This document shows, in pieces, positions 38,341 to 50,098 of a DNA stretch of 64,000 bases. Source of the DNA: Leptogorgia sarmentosa (Eukaryota); contig OZ210885.1 in the NCBI GenBank assembly GCA_964658305.1, positions 22,382,001 through 22,446,000 of the forward strand. The letters are read 5' to 3'. The notes beneath the pieces are model-generated. The model ran no database searches and had not been told where the DNA came from. It saw only the letters and a list, made by a program, of their open reading frames with translations. Position 1 is the stretch's first letter, and each line of letters opens with the position of its first letter. The position numbers and the translations under genes were made by a program.

Positions 38341-38359
38341 TTAAGGTGATAAGAACAGA
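38341..38359 (-). ncRNA. RNU2: U2 snRNA fragment (nt 39-57)
   Basis: Reverse complement reads TCTGTTCTTATCACCTTAA, directly after the 3' end of Utopia copy 2. Confidence 0.7.
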
Positions 38360-41300
38360 GCATAAAATTTATTCAAAAATCAAGAAATATTTACAAAGCT
38401 TTGGATAATAGTTAGTATATGGTTGAGAAGTTTTCTAATAAAATAGAAGTTCAGATGTACTGTTGATGAATAATTATGAAAATTATTCATTTATGCAGAT
38501 GTTAAATGTTCGATAAGTTGTTCATCGGTATTGAGTTGAAGACATTTACATTACAATACTGTGTCGCAGTATTATTATGAGAGACAATAAAACAGGTATA
38601 TATTGATGATGAATGTTAAAATCACTATGCTAAATGTTTATTATTCTTAAGAAAAATAGTTCATGTGTTGATAGTAAATTTCTGCTGATCCTTGAATGAC
38701 ATCACTGCAACACAGTTTACGAAAGAGTGATTTGTATCGTCGTGACATGCCAAGACTTCTGAGAACGGCTTCGTTGTTGCGGTGCCATGTACCAAGAATT
38801 CCAATGACAAAACCATACACATTGCATTTCATACCGAGCGACTGAAAGTGGGATTTGACATTTTGGTACTTCATCGCTTTGGCATAATCTGCAGCTGCAA
38901 GTGCCGATTCATCATTTTCGAAAGGACAGGTGACATAGATGACCGTTACTTCGTTTTCGTTGGTTATTATTAAGCCTGGGCGACAAGCATCATTTAAGCC
39001 TGGAATTTTATTGTCAATTCTTAAGTCACCGAAGCGGTGGGCTTTACCTAGCCTCTCAACGATTTTGTCATGTCGATTGCGTATTAGGGTCATATTTTGT
39101 TTGCAGTGGCATAGGATGTGGGGAAGGGTTTCATCTGTGGATTGGCATACTCTACATTCAGGAGATAATTCGTCGCTCCATTTGGATTTATTTTTGTTGG
39201 TTGGGACGACGTTCATTCGGGCACAATGTATAAAGCGCCAGTCTTTAAATTTCATGTTGAGGCCAGTGAACATCCACGATGACCCATTGCGAAAAGCATC
39301 CTTGATCATGGCCGAGCAACTTTTCCTTGGTCCGGTAGATCTAACAATTTCTTTGTTGCACGTTCTTGTTATAATTGATGGAGGAAGGAACATGCCACTT
39401 TTGCTCGACGAGGACCACTGGACTCTGTTGAGATAACAGGTTTGTCATTGTTGGGGACCGAGAATGAGATATTTAAACGTCAGCAGGCAGATCTGGTACA
39501 GGTCCATAGGGAATGAGTGTGATATCTTATGCGGTTGGGATGTAGTTTGCCGCTTGTTGAGCCAGAAAGGAAGTCTTTGGTGACAGCAGGAGACGGGTTC
39601 TCGCGTGTGGCAAATCTGACAGATGCCCAGAGTTCAGATCTTGCTATGGATGACACCATTGGGTCAGAAGATGATAGCATTTTAATGCCTTGGACCATGG
39701 TTTGGATGTCTACTTCAACCATAGGGTGTTGAAATGCTAGTTCACCGACTTTATGGGATGCAAATATTATATGGGAAGTAGCACGTTGCGATAATTTAGC
39801 AGAGACGACTTCATTGGTTCACCAGATCTTAGGGAGAATGTCAAACATGGTTGGATAAATGTTCGTATTGTGTCTAATTTTTGCCATGGTGCCAGTTGAG
39901 AAGATTGAATATGTTCTAGGTCGGCAGTGAGGTAAGCAACTAATTTGTATAGGTTGTCTATGTTACGGGTCATACCAATTGGAATGCCTAAGTACCTGTA
40001 GTGCTCATGATCGTTAAGAGCAGGCATGGTTTTCCCTTGGACACTGAAATCATTCTTCTGGATGTTCGTTATGTTTCTTTGAGTATGTGAGGCTAAGGGA
40101 GGCACATTTGTCGGGTCTAAACTGCAAGCCAATAAGCTATGCTGATGAGGATGTGGCGTCCAGAAGTTGTTGTAGTAGTCAAGGAGCAATTGTACTCCTG
40201 TGGAAAATCAATGCTTAAGGCGAGCCAAAAGGCTAGTTGCATTCTGGAGGTCTAAATTGACAAGAAAATAGATGTTGCCAGGTTTGCAACCTGCACTGAG
40301 GCTTTTTGAGGGCGCATTATTATATAGTTCAACATGAAAACGAGGCTCTGTCAAAAAACTTAAATGACTTTATTGTATTTACACGAAATCTCACCGAAAT
40401 GATATGATTTGTCTATACCCACATTAACACTATTATTACAGTATTAAATGATATTACTTGCGAATAGTTTTTTGAACCACTGTCCGAGTTTATATTCCAT
40501 ATAAGAACTTTCAGTTACACAATAATTTGGAATTTGACAGTATAAGCTACAGTACATCAATAGCTCGTGACGAAAGATGAAGGTGGTATTTATTGTAATC
40601 AATCGTCGTCATCAGTCCAATCAACTTGATTATCCTCAACCATGTTTTCACAATCACCATCATTGTCACAACATCCACAGAGTTCGGTACAGTTTAAGCT
40701 TGCCTTTCTGCACTGACAACGGTTATTGGAACATCTTTGCTTCTGACAATTACACCTGACAAGATGGACAATGGCATTCGGTGCGGGTGGTAATGTTGTC
40801 ATCACTGGGGTCCAGGACTTTTCATCTTCTTCCCACTTCCAACCAAAATCACTAGGTGATGGCAAAACTGGATTGGCAACGTCGTCATTGTTCCATACTA
40901 AGAGTTGGTAATGAGAGCACAGAATTGCCTGGTACAATGCAGCGAACGTGGATGGAAGTCTTTCCAACTGTGCTTGCTTTGCTTGCTTCTTTTTAAATAA
41001 CCACCATCTCAACGCACTAACCTTCGTGATGACGGTTTTTGGCATGAAAAATTGGCCCAAGAGAAGATATTGAAGAAAAATATCTTCACCCGCTTCGTTG
41101 ATTGCATTCCAGCAGGTTGCTTTTCCTTTTACAGAAAACGAGCCAGTATTATCTGCCCCTGACAAAGCATGGAAGGCCAGGAGTGCTGCGGTTTTGATCG
41201 GCCCCAGAGCGTCAACAATTGGCTTGAGCTGGATTTCACAACGGTTTTCTCCTTTTCCAGTTACAAATACTGTATTCTGGCAAAGTCGAGGAAATCACCT

Positions 41301-43860
41301 TAAAGCCAAAATGAACACATCGGTGTCAGGAGAGTGTATTTTGATCTCTGATGCTCGGTTTGTTGTAGCATCAAGGGCATGCAAGATGATCTTCATATCT
41401 GCCTCTTCTTGGTTGCTCTTTAGATAAGTCATGTTTCTCGTTGTTCCTTTGCATTCACAAGCCCATGACACAATCACGTTTCTCCCCATTAGTTGCGCAC
41501 TCTTGATTACCTTCTGTGCAAAATATTCTGTAAGTTCCTTCTTCGTGTTAACGTGCGAACGTTAACGTGTTAATGTGGTAGTATACTGAAGCTGGGTTTC
41601 CTTGTCTCTTCAGATGCGTTGCCTCTTTAAGGGATGACAGAAAATCGTATCGGTCAAAGATCAGACGAATCTCATCACTGCCTAGATATTTCTCAAATAT
41701 ACGAAGTGTAAAGTGATCTGAAAGGTGCGAGCAGTTTTTTATCCACTCAGGCTTGTCCAACGATTGCACTTCAGCCATTCCATCGATAATAGACACTTTC
41801 ATTGAGACTTGGGTGGTTAGCTCTTCACTGGAGACAACAGGTATGTAGGTTGTCTCTCCAGCATTGGCGTGTAGGTTTCCTCTAATTCTGCCATATTTAA
41901 AGGCTTTCCTTCTCTTAAAGCTGATTCTGTTATGTCTATAAACTCTACTTTTGCCGCCATATTAGAGTTATCCCCATCAGGAGGAGAGCTTGATCTGCGT
42001 AATACACTTGTAACGTTATTTACATAACATTTACTGTGATATTTAATGTCTTTTGCATGCGTGTCATTGGCATCAATAGCCGTGGACAACTTGATTCGTA
42101 ATAGTTCATTTCCCGAAATTTCAACTGCATCCCTTATTGACTGTCCGGCAGAGGTTGTGCTTACCGAATGCAACGTTTCCCGATAGCCGGCAACTTCATG
42201 GCAGAAAAATTAATTTAAATTCCCAACTGTATTGGCTGTCATATTAAAAGTTCTTAAATCTCATTATTTACAGAGATTGTAGAGAAAACATGGCGGAATG
42301 GATTAGAAGTACTTCATCTAAGGGTTTAAGAAGTTCAATAAGAGTGGTTCTTCACATCTTTCGGTAACATCTTTTTCACAACACCCGCGGAAAAAAACAT
42401 TTACTTGGTCTAAGTAAGTGATAAGTTGCGCACGTGGACAGCCCGGGGGGGAGACAATTTGGTGCGAAAAATGTATAATTAAAAATTTATTTATAGTTTC
42501 AAGTATTTATATTCAAAGGTTTTCTGAAAAACCGAAACAAAATAAAATATATAAACTTATTTAAACATTGTCGGAATTTTTCAAAAATATCGTTATGAGC
42601 TACACGACAGGCCCTTAGTGAAACCCCCTAAAAAAGCCTTGGTGTAAGTTGCAAACATCTATTGGCAACATCTATTTTTGTGTTATTTTAGACCTCTACA
42701 ATGCAACCAGCCTAGTAGTTCCCTTTAAGCATTGATTTCCTACGGCAACAGTTTTTTTCACATTTGCTCCTTGACTATAGGAGCCATTTATACGTCGCTA
42801 TCAGAACCAGGTCATCAGCGTAAGCTAACACGCTTATTCGTTGTCCATGATGTTTGACTGGACCATTTGTTTGACCTTTCGCGATAACTGATTAGAGGAA
42901 AATTTCAATGCAAAGATTGAATAATATGGGAGAAAGTGGGCATCCTTGCTTAACACCGGCGAGTATTGGAATGGGGGGTGTCGTGCCAGAAGGAGTATTG
43001 ATTTGGGTGGTAGCGTTGGTGTAAACATTTTTGAGGTCTGAAATTCCTGGAGGGATGCCAAGATGTTGTAAGATGGTTTCAATGACATTGTGTGGGACAC
43101 TGCCAAACAGGTTTTTAAGATCTAACCACGATAAATAAAGACCCCCACCAACCCGCCTCGCATCGAGAACAAGGGATTGTAGGAGGAAAGTATGTTCATA
43201 ACATCCTTCGGTAGGCCGAGCACTTTTTTGGACATCTGATAGTAGATTCTTATTGATGGAATATGATAGCGCTCCCCTTCGGTACGAAACTCAACGTATT
43301 TATTTACATCAAAACGTATTTAGTTACATCAAAACCCATCCAAACCTATCACACAGTACAACCATCGTCATTGCGCATGTCCCACAGGGCACCCACGCCC
43401 GAACAACAAATATGAACCTAATACTGTATATCCCTATCAAATAGTTTACAAGACGGTTCACGATGATACTCATAAGGAGCTTTTATATACAGCTCATCAG
43501 TGCTATTGGTCTGAAGTTAGAGACATCAGCGGCATCACCTTTTTTGTGAATCAGGATGGTGGAGGACGTTTTCCATTGGTCAGGAACATTACTTTCGGAT
43601 AGGCATCGGTTGAAGATGGTGGATAATATGATGCATTTTGGGTCAACAGATCAAAGATGACGGTATTCGACCTTGTCCGATCCTGGAGCGGAATTGGATA
43701 GGGAACAGAGTTTTCTAGCAGCTTCTTCAGGTGTGATTGGGGAATACAAGCTCTCATCTATTGGGGCAGACGGGACGAATTCTTCCAAGCCACGCTTTAT
43801 TTCATCCGTGTTGCACTGTTTTTGTGCAAAGACTTTATTAAAGAAAGAGTTTGCATCTAG
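38360..43860 (-). mobile_element. Utopia-like retrotransposon, copy 2 (interrupted by Academ and a ~186-bp insert)
   Basis: RT pieces at 43860-42780 and 40170-39480; CRVC...ETLPHILCHC and RLE at 38647-39393; 3' AATAAA joined to U2 nt 39. Confidence 0.87.
40176..42777 (-). mobile_element. Academ DNA transposon, internally deleted
   Basis: TIRs TAGTCAAGGAGCAA / TTGCTCCTTGACTA with a 3-bp TAG TSD. Encodes XPG-like motifs (IIDGMA, QEEAD, SPDTDV, SGAD) and a C-terminal Cys-rich CXC domain. Confidence 0.88.
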
Positions 43861-44140
43861 TATAAAATATATGATCGGTTAGCAGCGCGTATTGATTGAC
43901 TCATTCATTCATTCCATGTGACATGCATACAACAAGGTGTCAGTAATCCAATATTGATTGCATGGTTACGTGTTAGTTTTGAATGACCGCGATGTAGTAT
44001 CGAGTTACACATGTTCGTGAAACACGAAACCAGTGTGAGGAACACATCGGATTGTTGTCTCATCGAAATACTAGCATGCACGTCGCCACTTATAATATCA
44101 GTTTTGAGTATGGAAATGGGGATAATAAGATAGGTGATAA

Positions 44141-44304
44141 AGGGGACGAGCGCGAACGCAGGTCCCCACTACCAGAAATTATACGCTTGAGTTACCCACA
44201 TTAGGGGTAATCGCAGGAGTCAACCCAGTCGAAGTGCAATGGAAGGGCCTCATTCTGAGAGGACCTCCTAGTTGATCAAGGTGCCTCTCGCGTCAGGTAA
44301 ATAT
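44141..44304 (-). ncRNA. RNU1: U1 snRNA gene or variant/pseudogene, 164 nt
   Basis: 5' ATATTTACCTG, U1A loop CCATTGCACTTCG, Sm site AATTTCTGG and terminal stem GGGGAC...TTCG...GTCCCC. Confidence 0.92.
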
Positions 44305-44559
44305 GACTTCAGGTCGCATACAATTACCTTTCATACGCTGCAACCGCGAGGAATGCTTGTGGAACGAATGCATGGGGATGAGTTTGTCATCTATGGATCT
44401 CTCGATCTCTCTGACTGCACTGTGTTTGCACGTTCGGAGAATTCTCGACCATATTCAATACAAGTTTACAAAAAAATCAATGAATGTAAATCTCATGAAC
44501 AACGATGCTGCTTTGTTAGCGAGCGAGCTACCCAAGACCTAGCGAGCTACCTATTATCG

Positions 44560-46930
44560 GACACTTGTGGTTTTTTAGTGGGCCTTCTTGTGAGCCAGAT
44601 AGGAAGGCATCGATCATTTCATTGGAGGGGTCAGCGTTGATGCATCGGTGGACAACTGATCGGAGTTGGCCAGTACTGATGTTGTGGACTAATGGATCGG
44701 TAGCCAACAGGATTTTTACTGATGGTTTGGACATGTCGCTCATCCATCGGGTCTTGAAAGCCTAATCCACCGTCGGCTCTATCAGCGAAGAAGTAAGAAG
44801 AGGAAGCACGTTTGGGAAGATGGCATATCGATTTTATGACCTCAACAAGTTTAGATCTGTAATCTCTAAGGGCATCTTTGGTGACTGGGCAAGATCTTAA
44901 TGCATAAGTTAAACCAGGTTGGACAAATGTATGTATTGCATCTAGTTTCTGCCACGGCGCTAACAGAGAGTCTCTGATTTTGGTCAAGACTGAAATCAGT
45001 TTACTGGTGATGGTTAACATGTCTACGGGATCATATATTAGACCAATCGGGACTCCTAGGTAACGGTAGGATTCTTCTTTCTTAAGAGCCGAGATTGGTA
45101 GATCTTGAACTGTGAACACATAGTCGGACACTCTTGATGGTATGTTGGTGGAACACGTTAGCGACAGGGTAGAGCATTTGTCTTGTCTAAAGGCCAGATT
45201 AAGGGTATTGGTTGCGATAGAGATGTCATCAAGGAGATCTTGCAATCCTTCTTTCGTCCTGCTAATGAGAACCAAATCATCAGCATAGGCCAGAATTGAG
45301 ATGGGTTGGTTGTGGAGTTTTAAGGGGATAGCTGGGTTTTGTTGGGCTCGAGACAATACCGTTCGTATAAGCAGCTCGGAGGTGAGATTAAACAGAACTG
45401 GGCTGATTGGGCATCCTTGTTTCACTCCAGCGTTGACATCGATTGATGTGGTCTCTTGATCACGAGAGGTGCGGACTACGGTACTAGCATCAGTGTAAAT
45501 ATCTTTTATTAACTCAATCATTGATTTGGAGAAGCCCATGTGTTGCAGGGTAATATACATAGCCTCGTGGTTAATGCTGCCGAACGCGTTTCTCAGGTCA
45601 AGCCAAGCAAGGAAACAGTTCTTTTGGTTTCTTTTGCAATTGGCGACGATTGAAGGGTAAACGAGTGTTCATGGCAGCCTTCAGCTGGTCTAGCACTCTT
45701 CTGGACCGAAGACATGAGGTCATTTTCTATGGCGAAGGTTGTCACACATGAAGCCAGTAATGATGAGTACAGCTTGTATAGACAAGCTTTTGTTGTAGAT
45801 GGTGTTGAGGATTTTGCAGTCGGGGTCAGCAGCTCGTAAGTGGCGGTATTCGACACAGTCTTTCCCAGGGGCCAAATTGGCTAGCGATTTGAGTTTGTTT
45901 TTGATGTCCTTGTTGGTAGAGGGAGCCGTGATGTTGGGAGCTGATTGTGCACATGGAACATGGCAATTCAGGGACTTCATCTACGTCAATCGGGGAGGAG
46001 GAGAAGGTATTGGAAAAGTATTGGGTGGCTTGGTCTTTCGTACCCGTGTAAGCGGTGGTGTTATCACTTAAGACCTGTCTAGCTGCTCTTATCTTGGAAA
46101 GACGGTAGAGTGTTTGTAGGCACTTAGCTTCAATTGGGTTTGGTAGGACACATGGGCAGTTTTGATTTACAGGTCGATTATTGGGACAGTTGGGTCTTGG
46201 TCTAGGATGGGAATGCGCTTTGTTGGCAGATTTACTTTTCCCTTCTTCAATAACTGCAGATGCAAATTGTTCACATTGGTATGAGAATGCTGCAAAAGAG
46301 TCAGTGGATGAAATACGACTCGACCAATGACAAAGAAACTTTGATTGGGTGGTGTTATCTGGATTGGGGTCTGCATGAATGTCAGAAGGTAGGGGACTGG
46401 TTGTATGGGTTTGATGGTAAGTAACCGATATGTGGAATTGAGAATCAGGGGAGGTGGGTGTTTGGGGTGAGGAGTTAAGGGGGGTATCGGAGTTATTTTG
46501 GCTACTTGGGTCAGCTTGTGGATGGAGTATCTCTGGAGGATCGGAGGTGTGGTCATTTAAAACATCCAGTGGATCATCCAAAGCCGCCACTGATGTATTG
46601 TGAGTGGTCATGAGTGGTGAATAATTGACGTCATCTACATCGGTACATCCGTTTAAGGTTACTATTGGCTCACAAGATCGTTGATGGGTAAGGTTAGGAG
46701 GGTTTAGGAGGGTTTAGTTAGGATTTGAGTATTGGTAGGAACTATTCAATCCACAGCTGTGCAATCATTTAACCGCTGGTTCAAGAAGTGTGAGGTGGTG
46801 TGGGTCAGGAATGGACTTAATGGGTCTTGGAGGCAAGGATGTGTCCAAATCATCTTCTAAATCCAGATCTATAAGCACAGGTTTGGGGTTGGAGGGTTGG
46901 AAGACTTGGGATATCTGAATCTCAGGTTGA
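44560..46930 (-). mobile_element. Utopia-like retrotransposon, copy 3 (3' truncated)
   Basis: Pro/Ser-rich N-terminal region; RT motifs GVKQGCPISP and AYADD; YRYLGVPIG...LAPWQKLDAI shared with copies 1 and 2. Confidence 0.83.
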
Positions 46931-46936
46931 AAGGGA

Positions 46937-47648
46937 GTGGAGTTGATGAAAAACACAGAGAATCCGAGATATCTCGACGATATAGGCGACTTTATGAAAG
47001 CCTACGCCGAAGAAAACGACATCATGCATCGACCTCACACTGGAAGTATGGTCGGTGAAAAAATTTTGTTGGCCACACCTCTCTTAAAGTGGTATTTGGA
47101 ACATGGTTTAGAGGTACGTATTACGTATAGGTTAATAAGCATAGGTTTCATTACTAATGTCATTTTTGTTTTTTATAGGTAACACATGTCTATCAGGTGA
47201 TAGAATATACCCCTAAACCATGTTTCAAACCCTTTGGTGACGCAGTATCGAATGCCCGTCATGCTGGGGATGCTGACCCGGCCGAAGCAATAATCGCAGA
47301 TACGATGAAACTCGTTGGGAATTCGTCGTATGGGAAAACTATCACGAACAAAGAGCGCCATCGTCAAGTGAAATTTGCGACGACAACGAAGTGTCAAGCT
47401 TAATCAACTCGCCATTTTTCTGTGAATTGAACCCTATCGACGACAACATGTACGAAGTGGAAAGCAGCAAGAAAAAAATTGAACTGGACTTACCTCTTCA
47501 AGTTGGATTCTTCGTTTATCAATACACCAAATTATGTATGTTACAATTTTATTATGATTTTTTAGATAAATATTTAGATAGGTCGGATTTCGAATATTGC
47601 AAAATGGATACCGACAGTGTGTATATTGCCATTAGCGGGGAACGTTAA
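46937..47648 (+). pseudogene. Protein-primed DNA polymerase B fragment
   Basis: KLVGNSSYGK (motif B) and MDTDS (motif C); 65-nt GT-AG intron at 47114-47178; frameshift near 47395. Confidence 0.88.
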
Positions 47649-48004
47649 AAAAAGATAAATTTAGTTGTAAAGGTGTAAATAAGAGAAATAATGTAATTAA
47701 TAATGTTATTTTGAGTGAACGTAGTGGGTTGGGTGTAAATAGGGGATTTAGGGTTTTAAATAATAAGATGTGCACATATGTTCAAGTTAAAAACGCTTTT
47801 ATTTTTATCCAAAACGTAAAGTTTTAGAGGACGGTGTAACAACCGTTCCTTTAGATATTTAAGATTTTGTAAATAGTAGTTTGTAAATATATCTTCCTAT
47901 ACCTAATATGTGTGCGTGTTTTTGCTTGAAATTCGACAATGATCAAGTTCGTTTATACTCTTTTATAATTGTGGTGGCCTTAAAAGGGCCTTTTTTTTCT
48001 TTGG

Positions 48005-48313
48005 TCAAGTTAGACCAGGAATGTCGATCCAATCGAGTCCCTCCAAGAGATTCTCGTCCTGATGAACGATTGATTGGACATCCAGCCATTGCTCAGGGTT
48101 GTTTACCAGCAAATGGTCTAAAACTGCATTCATAGTTGTTTTGGTTTCCAACAACTGATTTCGAAGCTCTGCATTCTCCCTTTGCAAAACCTCCCACTCT
48201 AGATTCTTTGTCGCCCTATATCATGCCGCACGTACCCTTCGCCCTTCTCTCTGTCTCTGCTTTCGCTCTTCTTGCTGTCTCTGTTTCCTCTCTTCTTGCT
48301 GTTTTTGCTCCAT
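48005..48313 (-). pseudogene. Small basic/coiled-coil (bZIP-like) viral ORF with one internal stop
   Basis: RRVRAA*YRATKNLEWEVLQRENAELRNQL. Confidence 0.4.
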
Positions 48314-48711
48314 GTTTGCTCCGTCTTTCTACCTTGAATGAATCTCAGACCCCTTTTATACGTTTCCGTGGGTGTGCGTGAATGAATGAGAAAACAATAA
48401 AACAGTCATTTGCACAAACGCGTGACTAAATGAGGTGGTTAACCAACTCCCACCTAGCAAAGCCCAGAACACAGATCTATACATCAAAGGATTCTACCGC
48501 CAAAACCCAAGCGTTACGAACACAACAAAAATGAGGTGTGCATGGGTTAGTTTTGCTGAAACGGGACTCGCAGAACTTAGTTTGTCCCTCCACAGGACTT
48601 TTACGAAACCTAATATTGCTTTACAGGACTCGCGGGACACGATTTGTCCCTCCACAGGACTTTTCTCCTATTTAGTTTTCATGTTGTGGTTTGTTAAGTT
48701 TAGTTTACATC

Positions 48712-48906
48712 ATGCCACGTTTGCGTAAAGACTGTCCGCTATGTGGGAAACAGAGTTTGCTAAAACTTTCCAACCACTTAGTTGATTATCATCATCTATC
48801 AATTAAAGATAGAAAACTGTATTTGAACCAAGCGAAAATACTACCTTTAGATCGCATTGTGAAAGAGCTAATGATATTACAAGGTGGTATGAAAAAGTAT
48901 AAATAA
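48712..48906 (+). CDS. Small C2H2 zinc-finger ORF
   Basis: CPLCGK...LSNHLVDYH. Confidence 0.5.
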   Translation: MPRLRKDCPLCGKQSLLKLSNHLVDYHHLSIKDRKLYLNQAKILPLDRIVKELMILQGGMKKYK

Positions 48907-48938
48907 TGTGATGTGAACTCAGTTCACTCAGTTTACCG

Positions 48939-49250
48939 ATGTATTCGTTACAATTAACACATCCTTTTGGTCTCCTTGTCTCAGGAGGCACAAAAACCGG
49001 CAAAACAATATTTGTTAAGAAATTGCTAAGTCACTTTCAAGTGATGATTGATCCACCACCAGAGAACATAAAATATTTTTATTCTGAGTATCAAGATACA
49101 TTTGCCGAGATAAAATCATTAGAAATGGCTACAGCAGAACCGTTTTCATATTTATTTATCGACTTAACACCCATGTGTCCGGATGAAACACGCTTGCGCT
49201 CAGGCATATTCCCGACCGATAAACATTACGTTTATGTAGCACAAACGTAA
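48939..49250 (+). pseudogene. Packaging ATPase (A32/FtsK-like), internally deleted
   Basis: Walker A SGGTKTGKT fused directly to the C-terminal PFSYLFIDL..RLRS; Walker B is missing. Confidence 0.8.
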
Positions 49251-49296
49251 AAACAGTCACCTCAATGCACTAATTAGCCAGTCTTTTGATTAGGTA

Positions 49297-50032
49297 ATGG
49301 AACATGTTAAACGCTTAGTCCTTGTGCCAGAACATTTGGCAGAGAATACAACAGAACGAAAACCACTAGTTCCGCCTTTGACCTCGCAAGTGAATCATTT
49401 AGATGGGGGAAATGTATAGCTTACTTAAAAGACAAGACGTTACTGATGATGAGAAAGCTACACTGTACAACCAAATACTCCAACGCTACTTGAACTATTA
49501 TGATAAAAGAATGAGTCAGCCAGTTCGAGTAAGTGTCGTACCTGATCCTAAACCAACTGACGACAAGCCTGTAACACAACCAGAAGACAGTGTAGATTTA
49601 CCTAACAATGTTGAAGCTGATATTATGGAAAGTGTTCCTCCTACGATGAAATCTCGAGCCCGACAACTGGTTAAAAAATTGAAAGAAAATAAAGATTTGA
49701 TTACATGGGACGACAAAGGCCAGATAATCTACGAGGGAAAACCTGTGGTGGGGAGTAACGTGATAGATCTTGTGAACAATGCACTACGTCACAGAAAGAA
49801 TTTCAATCCTCACAGCTGGAGACTCTTTGCAAAAGTACTCAGTGATGTCAATGTTCCTGAGGGAATTGTTAGGAACGAGAATCGTTTAAAGACAATCAGA
49901 GATTTTAAAACTGGGACAATGCATGAATTCGAAGAAGAACCCCCATCTAAACCACCTTTGTCACGAACTAGAGCTGCGGCAAAGAAGCAACAGGTTCAAT
50001 TCAATAGTCGACCATACAAATGGTTTAGATAG
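49297..50032 (+). pseudogene. Maverick protein of unknown function (frameshifted near 49403)
   Basis: MEHVKRLVLVP start and WDDKGQIIYEG..V.GSNVIDL motif; lies between the ATPase and the protease. Confidence 0.55.
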
Positions 50033-50098
50033 AAAAAATGTATGATTGTTTGAAATAAATAAAAAACATAGAACCAAAAGATCGTTTGTTGAATACAT

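Noticed and set aside
43254..43439. Solo LTR (TG...CA, 186 bp) in Utopia copy 2
   Set aside because: It is an insertion with imperfect inverted ends, but no TSD is present, so the class cannot be supported.
46900..46940. Maverick terminal inverted repeat
   Set aside because: The junction falls in the middle of PolB, with no AGT/AG-repeat terminus or 6-bp TSD, so it is a deletion breakpoint.
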